Positions 1 to 8,855 are shown, numbered from the stretch's first letter. The stretch: 64,000 bases of DNA from a virus (IMGVR_UViG_3300017929_000004:5566-69565); one strand, 5' to 3'. Notes: generated by a model not told the origin, from the letters alone. Numbers and translations are program-made.

Positions 1-2
1 TT

Positions 3-521
3 CACGCCGATATCATCATGCCGTCCGATGACATTGTGCTTAGATATTACGAGCAATGGTGCGGGTACGAGCCGTCTGACCCATCGACTGACCACGGCGG
101 AGTTCTTCTCGATGTGCTCAGAGCTTGGCATCGGTCGGACATGGCAGGCTACAAGCTGCTCGCCTACGCCGACCCAGACCCGATGAACAGCGAGCACGTC
201 AAGCAGGCCATCAACCTATTCGGAGGCCTCTACACTGGCTTGCAGTTGCCGATTTCGGCGCAGAGACAAGACACATGGGATCTTAACGGCCATAGCAAAG
301 CCGTGCCTGGATCGTGGGGTGGTCATTGTGTTGAAATCGTTGACTATGACTCTGAGATTCTCGTTTGCAAAACCTGGGGGAAGCTTAAAGCCATGACTTG
401 GAGATTCTTCGCCGCTTGTGTCGATGAATGCCATGCCCTACTCTCAGGGGGAGATTGGGTTCCGCCCGCCGGTTTCGATCTCGCGGGCTTGCAGCAGGAT
501 TTACTGGCTTTGAGCACATAG
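3..521 (+). CDS. Phage papain-like (C1-type) cysteine peptidase family protein, 5'-truncated by window edge
   Basis: Frame open to the left edge; PGSWGGHCV and TWG motifs resemble the His region of papain-fold phage proteins. Confidence 0.55.
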   Translation, partial: HADIIMPSDDIVLRYYEQWCGYEPSDPSTDHGGVLLDVLRAWHRSDMAGYKLLAYADPDPMNSEHVKQAINLFGGLYTGLQLPISAQRQDTWDLNGHSKAVPGSWGGHCVEIVDYDSEILVCKTWGKLKAMTWRFFAACVDECHALLSGGDWVPPAGFDLAGLQQDLLALST

Positions 522-531
522 GAGGTGGAAC

Positions 532-687
532 GTGTTTGGCATAGACAAGGGCAAGATAAAAGAGGCGTTTTCCGACTTCGAGGGGGCGCAAGAGGCGGCA
601 CTGGCCCTGGCCCCGCTCTCCCCGCGCGACCCCTTGCTGGTTGCGGTGGTCAATTTGCTCAACGCCTTGGCCAAGGCATTTTCGTAG
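532..687 (+). CDS. Small hypothetical protein (51 aa, MFGIDKGKIKEAF...)
   Basis: GGAGG at 521-525, GTG at 532, TAG at 685-687; below the ORF-track cutoff. Confidence 0.6.
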   Translation: MFGIDKGKIKEAFSDFEGAQEAALALAPLSPRDPLLVAVVNLLNALAKAFS

Positions 688-694
688 GAGGTCT

Positions 695-1213
695 CTATTC
701 GACATGACTCCAAGTCCTTCGTTTCCTAACAAGATAGATTGCTGCCGGAGTCACTCTGTATTTCCTTGCCAAGGAAATTCCAGTCTCAGGACTTACTCGG
801 ATTTCTCTTACCACTTCATCTGTCAATTTAGATCCAAAACGATTTTCTCCAAGATGGATAAGACCGTTACGACGAGCATGGAGAACATTTTCGGAATGAG
901 TAAGATATTCAAGGTTATCTGCACGATTATCGGTTTTTGGTTCGTGAATGTGGTTAACCTCAAATCCATATGGGCACGGGCCAAGGAATGCTTTTGCCAC
1001 GAGGACGTGTACCCTCCTCGGGAAACTCCTCCCATCCCTTCTAAGAACAACGCCGAAGTATCCTCTGTCATCAGGGCTAGGTTTCAGAATTTTCCCAATC
1101 CTTGTAGTGGGGGCGGGACGAGATCGTCGTATTCTTCCCAAATTGGAAACCTCGTAGGAGTTGAAGCAAGGAATCTCCTTCCAGATTTCAGTGGTAGAAT
1201 TGATTTCAGGCAT
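695..1213 (-). CDS. NUMOD4-HNH homing endonuclease
   Basis: EIWKEIP..YEVSNLGRIR (NUMOD4), HVLVAKAF, VNH...DNRADNLEYLTHSENVLHA (HNH), C-terminal HTH-like tail; lower GC than flanks. Confidence 0.92.
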   Translation of the reverse strand: MPEINSTTEIWKEIPCFNSYEVSNLGRIRRSRPAPTTRIGKILKPSPDDRGYFGVVLRRDGRSFPRRVHVLVAKAFLGPCPYGFEVNHIHEPKTDNRADNLEYLTHSENVLHARRNGLIHLGENRFGSKLTDEVVREIRVSPETGISLARKYRVTPAAIYLVRKRRTWSHVE

Positions 1214-1288
1214 GATGGCTCCCAGTATGAGTCGTTGTGTTCAGGGCCGCAGGCGCGCGGAAACGCTTCTGCGGCTCGATTAGTATAA
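704..1288 (+). other. Sense-strand ORF covering the antisense HNH (possible filler ORF)
   Basis: AGGAGG at 686-691, ATG at 704, stop-free to 1288, 17 nt before the next gene; no recognisable domain. Confidence 0.35.
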
Positions 1289-1290
1289 CA
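1282..1290 (-). promoter_or_regulatory. Extended -10 promoter for the NUMOD4-HNH
   Basis: TG-T-TATACT on the minus strand, followed by a GCCGCAG/CTGCGGC hairpin and a GGGAG RBS. Confidence 0.5.
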
Positions 1291-1305
1291 TTGAAAGGAG
1301 TTAAC

Positions 1306-1785
1306 ATGCACTATGCTGTAGCTGTTTTCTTATCTTTTTTGATTGGGCAACTGCTTCATGCTTGGCTTCGCGCACAGAGTTCAGTCCATTCCAACCTTAA
1401 TGGAATCCTCACCTATCGGCAGTACGTCGAAGTGAATGGAGCGAACCTGTGCGTTCGACTCTTCTTGGCGTGGCTCGTCGTATCTGCCTGGGCTTGGCAT
1501 GGGCAAGAACTGATGACCCTGATCGCCAAGATATCGCCTGATAACCTTGGGTGGCTTTCGACGAATGCGATCCCGCTCAACCCGACCACGGCCGGCGTGT
1601 TTGGGTACTTTGGGGACTCCATCATTGACGGTGGGATAAGCTTGATTTCGCGGTGGATCCCCTCGTTGAAAAACGAAGTGCCCCCTACCAGTGGAGCGTC
1701 CAAAGCCGTCGTACAGGCCCAGCAGGCTGTAGCAGACGCAAAGGCTGCAGTTGCCGATGCCAAGAATGGGGCGGCGAAGCCCTGA
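1306..1785 (+). CDS. Membrane protein, holin-like
   Basis: AAAGGAG RBS; 2-3 hydrophobic segments; Ala/Lys-rich C-terminus. Confidence 0.55.
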   Translation: MHYAVAVFLSFLIGQLLHAWLRAQSSVHSNLNGILTYRQYVEVNGANLCVRLFLAWLVVSAWAWHGQELMTLIAKISPDNLGWLSTNAIPLNPTTAGVFGYFGDSIIDGGISLISRWIPSLKNEVPPTSGASKAVVQAQQAVADAKAAVADAKNGAAKP

Positions 1786-2072
1786 CGCCCGCGTCGTCGC
1801 TGTATGAATCCCTAATCTATCCATAGCTTTACGTGTCATAATCCCCATCCCCAAAAGCCGCTTGCTGAAGAACTGTGCAGAATGCACGCCTTCTTCCTCA
1901 TCAAGGATCGGAATGTCCGATTCCTCAAGAAAAGGCTTTTCGAAACGTGTACACCTTTTCGAGTGTATCGAATATTGAATTTCTATGGGAATCAGTACTT
2001 TAGATGTGGAAGTACAATTTCCAATATGTACACCGATCGTCGGTAAAGTTTAGTTTTGGCGGCTCCTCGGCG

Positions 2073-2086
2073 GTGCAGGTCTGCAC
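2073..2086. repeat. Palindrome GTGCAG-NN-CTGCAC copy
   Basis: GTGCAGGTCTGCAC just after the stop of 2091-2456(-). Confidence 0.9.
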
Positions 2087-2090
2087 TGAA

Positions 2091-2456
2091 TCAGCTAAGG
2101 ATCATCAAACAGCGGGCGCACGGCGCCGGCAGGAGAGGCTTTTTCTGGCGGGCTCCGCAGAACGCGCAGATCATCACGTCGGCCTCGGTGACCCCCGTAA
2201 TCGCCCGCGGCGTCCACTCGAAGTCGCAATCGGGGCAGTGATAAAGCCCGTTGGCATCGCGTCGCAGATGGACGATTTTCCGGCACAGGAGGCAAAGGCC
2301 GAAAGCAAAGTCTTCCATCTCTTGGACGGTGTGAAAGTGCGTTCCCTTGACGCGGCAGGGGAGACAAGTGGGCTCGCCGCAGAAGTTGCAGCGGGGCTGG
2401 CGAACTTCGTTGTGGGTCTCGCAGGTAGAGCACTGGTACTCGTCGATTTGGGGCAT
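2091..2456 (-). CDS. Cys-rich multi-zinc-finger protein
   Basis: Multiple CxxC pairs. Confidence 0.7.
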   Translation of the reverse strand: MPQIDEYQCSTCETHNEVRQPRCNFCGEPTCLPCRVKGTHFHTVQEMEDFAFGLCLLCRKIVHLRRDANGLYHCPDCDFEWTPRAITGVTEADVMICAFCGARQKKPLLPAPCARCLMILS

Positions 2457-2457
2457 G

Positions 2458-2739
2458 TCAGGATCCTTTCTTCGCGTCGAAGGTCTTCAGGTCGTCGATG
2501 ATGGCCCACTTCTCGCGGCGCTGGCCCTGATCGGTCAGCTTGAGGCGGGCAATACGCAGAGCGATTTCCTCGAGTGCCGTGTCCTTCCAAGGCGCAGACA
2601 TAGAGGTGATTGCTGACAGTTCAGTTCGCGTCGGAGCGTCAAAAATTTCCCGGATTTGTTCCACCATCGAAGCGGCACACGGGAATACCACTTCGACGAA
2701 GGTCGGCGGTCCAGGGTTAAACTGCTTTTGTTCTGGCAT
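2458..2739 (-). CDS. Hypothetical protein (MPEQKQFNPG...)
   Basis: AGGAGG RBS before ATG 2739; packs into the operon. Confidence 0.6.
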   Translation of the reverse strand: MPEQKQFNPGPPTFVEVVFPCAASMVEQIREIFDAPTRTELSAITSMSAPWKDTALEEIALRIARLKLTDQGQRREKWAIIDDLKTFDAKKGS

Positions 2740-2998
2740 GGGTTCCTCCTGGCTCAGCATAGAGCCTCTCGATTTCGGTGATTTCCTTGCAGGCGATGCA
2801 GCAATACCCGCCAGCGGGGTCGTCGGAAGACATCCGCGCGTAGACTCCTCGGCAGCCGGGGCACTTCGCCCAGCCTTCCCATATTTGAGGCTCGGCATGC
2901 TTCGCCGCTTTGCAGAGAGACCAAATAACAAGGATGACCACTGTGGCACCCGTGCTGCCCATTCCTGCGAAGAAACTGAGTAGGTCGAAGTGCGTCAT
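2717..2998 (-). CDS. Small membrane-anchored Zn-finger protein
   Basis: N-terminal TM segment, CPGC...CCIAC; overlaps its neighbours. Confidence 0.55.
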   Translation of the reverse strand: MTHFDLLSFFAGMGSTGATVVILVIWSLCKAAKHAEPQIWEGWAKCPGCRGVYARMSSDDPAGGYCCIACKEITEIERLYAEPGGTHARTKAV

Positions 2999-3192
2999 GG
3001 TCTCTTCGCCTCCTTCTCGCAGTTTGTACCACAATACGTCAAGGGGAGCAAGGCTCCCGATCCGCGCGAATCGTAGTGTCGACCGCAACCTGCGCAAATC
3101 GACGTTGCGGGGGCTCTACGGTGAAGGTAGGCCTCGACGGCTCGCAGAATGACGGCGATCCCCAGAACAGACAAAGCGATTTTGATGATCAT
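2995..3192 (-). CDS. Small membrane-anchored Zn-finger protein
   Basis: GAGGAGG RBS; hydrophobic N-terminus; CAGC...CGTNC. Confidence 0.6.
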   Translation of the reverse strand: MIIKIALSVLGIAVILRAVEAYLHRRAPATSICAGCGRHYDSRGSGALLPLTYCGTNCEKEAKRP

Positions 3193-3276
3193 GTGCCTCC
3201 TCGTCGCGCTAATCGCGCTGCCCTACCCCTAACAGACCAGAGGCAGGGCGCCGGGGTTAGCGGCGTGGCATAGGCA

Positions 3277-3681
3277 TCACCTCCTGTTCCTGTTGCCCTC
3301 CTCTTCGATCCAAGCCTTAGCCTCGCTGATCGTGTTGAACCATCGCCTGCGGGGCGTCGCACAGTAGCAGACGGCGTGGACCTTTGGTCCCTCAGCGGAA
3401 TAGTCCGGCCCGTGGCTGTAGGTGAGATAATTCCCCACACTTGAGCGCTCGCGCCAAGCTCCGAGGTTCTCGTCAAATATCGGCGTGTTGGTGTCGTTGT
3501 ACTCTCCAGAAATCCACTTGCTGGCATTGTACTCCTCGCACAGTCTGAAGAGCCAGCCGCGATCACTGGAAGCCCATTCGTCGCTACCTTCTGGTGCAGC
3601 GGCTCGGAATTCCGCCCAAACGGTTTGACGCAAGTCTCCTTGAATCGGTCCTAACTCGATTTCGCGTTGCTCTGTGAACAT
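3277..3681 (-). CDS. Hypothetical protein
   Basis: GAGGAGGT RBS; fits the operon. Confidence 0.65.
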   Translation of the reverse strand: MFTEQREIELGPIQGDLRQTVWAEFRAAAPEGSDEWASSDRGWLFRLCEEYNASKWISGEYNDTNTPIFDENLGAWRERSSVGNYLTYSHGPDYSAEGPKVHAVCYCATPRRRWFNTISEAKAWIEEEGNRNRR

Positions 3682-3693
3682 AATCAAACCTCC

Positions 3694-5943
3694 TCAGAAT
3701 AGGCGAGTTTGGCCGCTCGCCTCGGTGTCGTGGAATAGCGGCGCGCGGCGCTCGAGTTCGCCAGCCTTTGACGTGATGTCCTTCGGCGGTCGGTTGAACT
3801 GTTCGGTAAGGTTCTGGCCGGCGCGTTGCGCCGCGACCTTCTTCTGCTCCTCGATGTGCGGCGCCATGCTTGGAAGGGGCTGGGCGCGTTGGCCTATCGG
3901 CCGATTGTCGACGTCTGGAGTAGCCAAGAAGATTCCCTTCCCAAAGTCGGGAGGCGCGGCGGTGGGCTGCGGGTCGGGCTCGTCGTCCTCGGGGTCGGCG
4001 TCCATCACCAGGAGCACGGTATTAACTCCCGTACCAGACTCTTTGAACGTGTCGGGCGGTAGGACTTCCCATTCTCCGCCCGCCTCGTCGACGAGGGGTT
4101 TTAGCTGCTCGTTCTGGCGCGGACCATTGGCGCAGATGGCCACGAGGCGCCCGCCTGGGCGAAGCATGGTCAGGGCGTGCTTGATATGTTTTATGTCCTC
4201 GCCGTTGGCAAAGGGCGGATTCATCAAAATGAAGTCAAAACCCGTCTGGTCGACGCACTCGAGAAAATCAGAGCAACGAACCTTCACGGCTGGCCACCTT
4301 CGGCGCAACTCCTCGGCTAGGGTTGGGTTAATTTCTATGGCGTGGATCTCGCCCGCGTAGGTAAAAATCTCATTGATAATTGCGCCCGTGCCAGCGCTGG
4401 GCTCGAGGATTCTAAGGGAAGACTCAGCGAAAGGCATTCCAGCAAGTTCCACCATGCGGCGGGCGAGGGCGGGCGGGGTCGGGAATAACTGAGGCGCGCT
4501 TACCACCTTAACCCCTGCTTTCAGGGTCTCGCGCATGGCGTCAAAGGCTTCGGCCTGCGGCTCTACGGTCGGTTCTTTCCATTCGCGCTCGACGGGCTCC
4601 CTGGTGGGTGCCTGTATCTTTGGCGCGGGCTCTGCGGGCGTCGCCTTCGGTGCTGGCGGGTCGACGCGCTTCGCGTCCTCGATGTAAACCAAAACGCTGT
4701 TATAGCCTCCAACAAACATCCCGGACCTTACGCGGTGCTCGCCGTACTTGTCGCTTGCGGGTACAATCCGACTGCCTTTCATGTCGTGATACTTCTTATC
4801 CCACGTCGCGCGACTGACGTGGTGAAAGCCTTCGCCGGGGTAATTGCACATTGGCGGAAGTTTGACAGCGGCCTTGACGGCCTGCGCTTGCTGCTCCGTC
4901 GGTGGCTGATAGTCTCGAATCTCCTCGATGCTGACGACTTTGCAATACCGCGCGTTCGTCGATACGCTGACGATTTTCCCGTCCTTCCGGTTGATGCGTA
5001 GGATCGTAACCCACTCGCCGCGGTCGCGCATGACGCGCCCGCCTAGCTGGATGTCGACCCGATCTGCGGCGAGCCCGCCGGCCTCCGCCAACATGGCGCG
5101 TTCGTACTCTAGGCGGTTTCCGATATGCTGTAACCAGCGGTCGCACCATGCAATAGTGCCACGGTAGGAGGGCAAGGCAAGGTCGCGTGCCTGCTCCGGC
5201 GTTATGATCCCATCGTGTAGTGCGCTCCATAGGCTCATTTCGCCTTCGTATTGGGACGCGGGCACCTCGCGCGGGTACTCGGCCAGCGTAAAGCATTTTG
5301 ACAAGTGATTGTAATTGGCTATGAGTTCGGCGCGCTCTTGGGTGAGTCCCTCGGCGCTCCATTGCTTGATGCCCGTTTCGCATTTGGCTTTGTCGCGTTC
5401 GCGGCTGCGCTGGTCGGCATCGAGTCCCTTGATTCTGCGGGCGCGCACGTCGGCGCGCTCCTTGTACTTCGCGTGTCGGATGGCGCCGGCGGCGCGCTCC
5501 TTCCAGTAGCAAGATTGCTCCCACATCTTAATGGATCGCCGCATCCCGTTCTCGATGCGTTCGGCGTCCTTGCGGGCGTGCTTCTCGCTGTGATGGCCAA
5601 CTAAAATCGGCTGGCCCAGCGGAATATTATCCGCAATGGCAGAAACGGCCTTCCGGGCCTGATCGGCGTCTTTGGCGCGGTGCTGGCTGTAATCGCTGAA
5701 CCGGTCGGCGCGCTCCTCGGCGCGGTCGACGAGCGTCGTGTCCTCGTCGCCAATCTCTCCGGCTAACTCTATCAAGAGGTCCTCGCGGCTTGGGGTCCAC
5801 ATCGGGGCGACGAAAAAGCCTTGTTTCGGTGCCCATATGAAGCCCGCAGCCTTGACGCGGGCGTAAGTCTCCGAGTCGAGCCGAGAGACGGAATACAAAC
5901 GGAGTTTGTTATCCTCGGGTGAATAAGTCGCGGTGTAGATCAT
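3694..5943 (-). CDS. DUF3560-domain protein fused to an N6-adenine DNA methyltransferase
   Basis: TATYSPEDNKLRLY and GQPILVGHHSEKHARKD (DUF3560); ILEPSAGTG (motif I) and DFILMNPPF (motif IV). Confidence 0.88.
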   Translation of the reverse strand: MIYTATYSPEDNKLRLYSVSRLDSETYARVKAAGFIWAPKQGFFVAPMWTPSREDLLIELAGEIGDEDTTLVDRAEERADRFSDYSQHRAKDADQARKAVSAIADNIPLGQPILVGHHSEKHARKDAERIENGMRRSIKMWEQSCYWKERAAGAIRHAKYKERADVRARRIKGLDADQRSRERDKAKCETGIKQWSAEGLTQERAELIANYNHLSKCFTLAEYPREVPASQYEGEMSLWSALHDGIITPEQARDLALPSYRGTIAWCDRWLQHIGNRLEYERAMLAEAGGLAADRVDIQLGGRVMRDRGEWVTILRINRKDGKIVSVSTNARYCKVVSIEEIRDYQPPTEQQAQAVKAAVKLPPMCNYPGEGFHHVSRATWDKKYHDMKGSRIVPASDKYGEHRVRSGMFVGGYNSVLVYIEDAKRVDPPAPKATPAEPAPKIQAPTREPVEREWKEPTVEPQAEAFDAMRETLKAGVKVVSAPQLFPTPPALARRMVELAGMPFAESSLRILEPSAGTGAIINEIFTYAGEIHAIEINPTLAEELRRRWPAVKVRCSDFLECVDQTGFDFILMNPPFANGEDIKHIKHALTMLRPGGRLVAICANGPRQNEQLKPLVDEAGGEWEVLPPDTFKESGTGVNTVLLVMDADPEDDEPDPQPTAAPPDFGKGIFLATPDVDNRPIGQRAQPLPSMAPHIEEQKKVAAQRAGQNLTEQFNRPPKDITSKAGELERRAPLFHDTEASGQTRLF

Positions 5944-5968
5944 TGATTGCGCTCCTCATCGCTGCTCG

Positions 5969-5982
5969 GTGCAGTCCTGCAC
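5969..5982. repeat. Palindrome GTGCAG-NN-CTGCAC copy
   Basis: GTGCAGTCCTGCAC, 25 nt upstream of ATG 5943(-). Confidence 0.9.
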
Positions 5983-5988
5983 TAACTC

Positions 5989-6291
5989 TTATGCGTAAAG
6001 GTCAATTTGCTTCGCCGACCCTTGGGCCTCGCCGCTTGCTCGCTTGTAAGCCTCTACCATTTCATGGCCGACGGCTGCGGCGCGCTTCGGAAATCGCCGC
6101 TCGTCGCTGCGACTCCAGCACGAAACCTTACGCCATACGCCATCAAAGACTTCGATCAAGATCCGGTAGCATGGTTCGCCGTTGCCAGGGAATAGAAATA
6201 CCTGCACGCGGAACTGGCCAACGCGCCGCTCTTCGATAATCGCGGCTGGCTGTACGGCCATCGTTCGGTAGCCTCTAACGTATTCAAACAT
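5989..6291 (-). CDS. Hypothetical protein
   Basis: GAGGT RBS; fits the operon. Confidence 0.6.
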   Translation of the reverse strand: MFEYVRGYRTMAVQPAAIIEERRVGQFRVQVFLFPGNGEPCYRILIEVFDGVWRKVSCWSRSDERRFPKRAAAVGHEMVEAYKRASGEAQGSAKQIDLYA

Positions 6292-6297
6292 AGTCGC

Positions 6298-6549
6298 TTA
6301 CCTCTGAGGCTCAAGCCTCGTCGCCGCTTGCCCTTCGTCGCTTCTAGCGCTGAACAATGACAAGGACTGAAACATATGCTCATTCTTCCAACGTTTAGCC
6401 CATACGTTCAACGCTTGGCCGGGCAGGTTCCGATAACAAAACCCGCAGAGACCAAAATGATAATCAGGCCCCAATTCCCCAATCCCACACCGCGCGCACT
6501 TCCCCATTCCTTCATTGCTCGCGCTCTTCGGTGTCTTAATCTTCGCCAT
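6298..6549 (-). CDS. Small Zn-finger protein
   Basis: AAGGA RBS; CARC...CGFC. Confidence 0.55.
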   Translation of the reverse strand: MAKIKTPKSASNEGMGKCARCGIGELGPDYHFGLCGFCYRNLPGQALNVWAKRWKNEHMFQSLSLFSARSDEGQAATRLEPQR

Positions 6550-6655
6550 ATGTCCTTTATTCTAAAGGAGAATCGACGGGCTTAGATGTCTCCGCCATGT
6601 CCGCTCTGCATATTTGAGATTCGGGATTGCTCCAGCAAGCCGGTTCATGGGTTCC

Positions 6656-6683
6656 AGTATAAGCGGCTTATGGCATTTGTCAA
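6656..6683 (-). promoter_or_regulatory. Sigma70-type promoter (leftward)
   Basis: TTGACA-16-TATACT. Confidence 0.7.
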
Positions 6684-6887
6684 GGGAAATCCTTAGGTGG
6701 TGGTAAGGTGTTGTTTCTCAGACGCTTGCGGTGTAAGTCTGTTAGCGTGTTTGTCAAACCCTCTTTAACATCAGTTTTGGTGTATTTGAGGCTTTGCGGG
6801 GGGCTTTTGAGCCTTGCGAGTGATCGCGGCTTGGTTTCCTAGTGGAATCCGCTTGACGGGGCTGCGTCATTGTGACACCATTATGAC

Positions 6888-7193
6888 ATGAGAATGACAC
6901 TGAGAATACCAGAAGAGATTTACAATGGCTTGGTTGAGCGGGCGAAGGTAGACCGGCGGTCGGTCAACGCTCAGGTGGTCCACGTCGTGGCGCTCTACCT
7001 AAAAGCTAAGGGAGAACCGACGGAGAAGCCCTCGCTGATGGCACCGCAGCGCGCGGAACCGGCGCCAGCGGCGAATCCAGTCGGCGGGTCCTGGCTGCAG
7101 GATCTCGGTCGACTGCGCCAGTTCCGGGAAATGCGGAATCGGGACCCTAACTCCGAAGCGGAATGGGAAACCTTCAAGCGCAAGGGATATTGA
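6888..7193 (+). CDS. Arc-family ribbon-helix-helix DNA-binding protein
   Basis: MTLRIPEEIYNGLVERAKVDRRSVNAQVV pattern; TTGACG at 6853; probably leaderless. Confidence 0.8.
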   Translation: MRMTLRIPEEIYNGLVERAKVDRRSVNAQVVHVVALYLKAKGEPTEKPSLMAPQRAEPAPAANPVGGSWLQDLGRLRQFREMRNRDPNSEAEWETFKRKGY

Positions 7194-7238
7194 AGGTGGG
7201 GCGGGCGCCGATGGTTCACGGCGCCCGGAGTCGGTGGG

Positions 7239-7448
7239 CTAAAGGCGGGGGATGGAATTGAAGTTGGCCTGAGCGAGCTTCGCTCGGCGGTCGTGCAGTA
7301 ATTCGCGATCGCGCCAGCCATCATAGCGGCTGACCGTCTCGGGCTCGATTTGGTCGAGGCAGGTGGCGCAGACGAGCTCGGCGCGCCGGGTCCAGTAGAG
7401 ACCAGAGCAAGGGTTATTGCAGCGGGGGCAGGTAACGGGGTCAGCCAC
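7239..7448 (-). CDS. Small Zn-finger protein
   Basis: CPRC...CATC; GTGGCTGA overlap with the upstream gene. Confidence 0.55.
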   Translation of the reverse strand: MADPVTCPRCNNPCSGLYWTRRAELVCATCLDQIEPETVSRYDGWRDRELLHDRRAKLAQANFNSIPRL

Positions 7449-7761
7449 GGCGCGCCCCCTTTCCCGTCGTGCAGTCCTGCACTACGGAATCCCCGAAGCG
7501 AAGGAAGGTGAAGCGGCAGGCGGGGCAGGATTTGATGTGCTCCAAGGTTAGAGGCGTCTTGGTGAAGGCGAAGCTTGGGGACTTCGGGCAGGGTTTCATG
7601 TCTGCGGCCTCTTCGAGGAGGAGTATACGGCTGGCATGGCGGCAATCAGGTCCATTGGCACCGGTCTCCCATCGGGACCAAGTTGTGACGGAGATACCGA
7701 GTAGGTTCGCCGCGGCCGCCTGGGTGAGCTTGAGTTTACCGCGAAGGGTTTTCAGGTCCAT
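7441..7761 (-). CDS. XRE/Cro-like HTH regulator
   Basis: LKTLRGKLKLTQAAAANLLGISVTTWSRWETG; AAAGGAG RBS. Confidence 0.85.
   Translation of the reverse strand: MDLKTLRGKLKLTQAAAANLLGISVTTWSRWETGANGPDCRHASRILLLEEAADMKPCPKSPSFAFTKTPLTLEHIKSCPACRFTFLRFGDSVVQDCTTGKGARRG
7469..7482. repeat. Palindrome GTGCAG-NN-CTGCAC copy
   Basis: GTGCAGTCCTGCAC, 20 nt upstream of GTG 7448(-). Confidence 0.9.
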
Positions 7762-7942
7762 CGGTTGTGACTCCTTTCGTCGGCCAGATGGCCAGCGCCG
7801 CGAAGGTCAGGCCAGCGGCTATAATAAGGTTAACCGTCGCGTCGCCGTGGAGGTGCCGCGCCGCGCAGTCGCCCGCGACGCCAGAAGCGACCAGCGCCGA
7901 GAGGAAATTAAGGCAAGAGACAATCTGTCGGGTTCGGTGCAT
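7736..7942 (-). CDS. Small two-TM membrane protein
   Basis: AAGGAG RBS; two hydrophobic segments. Confidence 0.55.
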   Translation of the reverse strand: MHRTRQIVSCLNFLSALVASGVAGDCAARHLHGDATVNLIIAAGLTFAALAIWPTKGVTTDGPENPSR

Positions 7943-7950
7943 GGGGCTCC

Positions 7951-8079
7951 TTATGGCTTCCCGTGGATCGGTGGCCGGCGGGCCGGGAAAGATTGGGTAG
8001 ACGTCGGCTGCGGTGGCTGTGGGCAGGCGGTCAACGCAAGAATGGAAAGCAAGAGAACTGCTAGGGTGATTCGCTTCAT
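7951..8079 (-). CDS. Small lipoprotein (42 aa)
   Basis: MKRITLAVLLLSILALTAC lipobox; GGGAGG RBS. Confidence 0.6.
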   Translation of the reverse strand: MKRITLAVLLLSILALTACPQPPQPTSTQSFPARRPPIHGKP

Positions 8080-8140
8080 AGCTGATAACCTCCCACGGGC
8101 GCCAAGCGGAGCCGGACGCCCGCGGCGGGCGATCAGCATT

Positions 8141-8371
8141 CTAGTGCCGGAGATGTATATAGCTGTCGCCGGCGTTGATTTCCCGGCAGTCTCCACCGCG
8201 GCCCGCGAATGCTAGTGCCACGAGCGCCCTAAAACAGTTTTCCTCCTCAGTTTCGCAGCCGCGTGGCCCGTCATACGTCCACGTGGTACCGTCAGGCCCA
8301 GTTGCCAAGAATACTGCTGGATACGGCGGTCGTGATAAGCGGATGAGCGTGTTGGTTATGTTGATTGTCAT
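8141..8371 (-). CDS. Hypothetical protein (MTINITNTL...)
   Basis: GAGGAGG RBS. Confidence 0.55.
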   Translation of the reverse strand: MTINITNTLIRLSRPPYPAVFLATGPDGTTWTYDGPRGCETEEENCFRALVALAFAGRGGDCREINAGDSYIHLRH

Positions 8372-8402
8372 AAATCCTCCTCGTCGCGCTTCCCTGCGCG
8401 CG

Positions 8403-8416
8403 GTGCAGTCCTGCAC
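8403..8416. repeat. Palindrome GTGCAG-NN-CTGCAC copy
   Basis: GTGCAGTCCTGCAC, overlaps the TAG stop of 8416-8568(-). Confidence 0.9.
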
Positions 8417-8568
8417 TACGCCTCGGCGAGGACCAACCTCGCCACCAGGAAGTACACGGCATGCTCCAGCACGTCGCTCCATTCGATGCGGTAGGTCAGC
8501 CGCTCGCGCGTGTACTCTCGCCGCTCGACATCCCAGAACATCCCCTCGACGGTTACGTAGCGGATCAT
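8416..8568 (-). CDS. Small hypothetical protein (50 aa, MIRYVTVEGMFW...)
   Basis: GAGGGGT RBS; TAG stop overlaps the palindrome. Confidence 0.5.
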   Translation of the reverse strand: MIRYVTVEGMFWDVERREYTRERLTYRIEWSDVLEHAVYFLVARLVLAEA

Positions 8569-8631
8569 CTTCGTTACCCCTCTCGGCACAGCGCCGGGTC
8601 GGCGGTCTCGCCAGCATGCCAGCGACCGGTG

Positions 8632-8799
8632 CTACTCATCATGCAGCCGTTCGATAGCCAGCGACAGGTCGTCAATCTGCACTACGGGGCGCCGGCGCGG
8701 CCATGCGATAGGCTCGCCTGTATGTAGCGACTCCTCGACGGCTGCGTTACATGCAGGGCAAAGCAGTTCATCGATGCAAGTGCAATCGTTAGTCATCAT
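8632..8799 (-). CDS. Small Cys-containing protein, first gene of the leftward operon
   Basis: GAGGAGG RBS downstream of a promoter. Confidence 0.5.
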   Translation of the reverse strand: MMTNDCTCIDELLCPACNAAVEESLHTGEPIAWPRRRPVVQIDDLSLAIERLHDE

Positions 8800-8827
8800 C
8801 CTTCCCTCCTCGTCGTCTCCAGTCTCC

Positions 8828-8855
8828 ACTATACACCTGCCAACGCACTTGTCAA
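8828..8855 (-). promoter_or_regulatory. Sigma70-type promoter (leftward early operon)
   Basis: TTGACA-16-TATAGT. Confidence 0.7.

Noticed and set aside
1875-1887. GTGCAGAATGCAC as a palindrome copy
   Set aside because: Spacer is one base short and it is not at a gene start; left uncounted
1790-2070. AT-rich convergent gap as attP or origin
   Set aside because: Only short palindromes seen; no integrase, iterons or clear arm repeats
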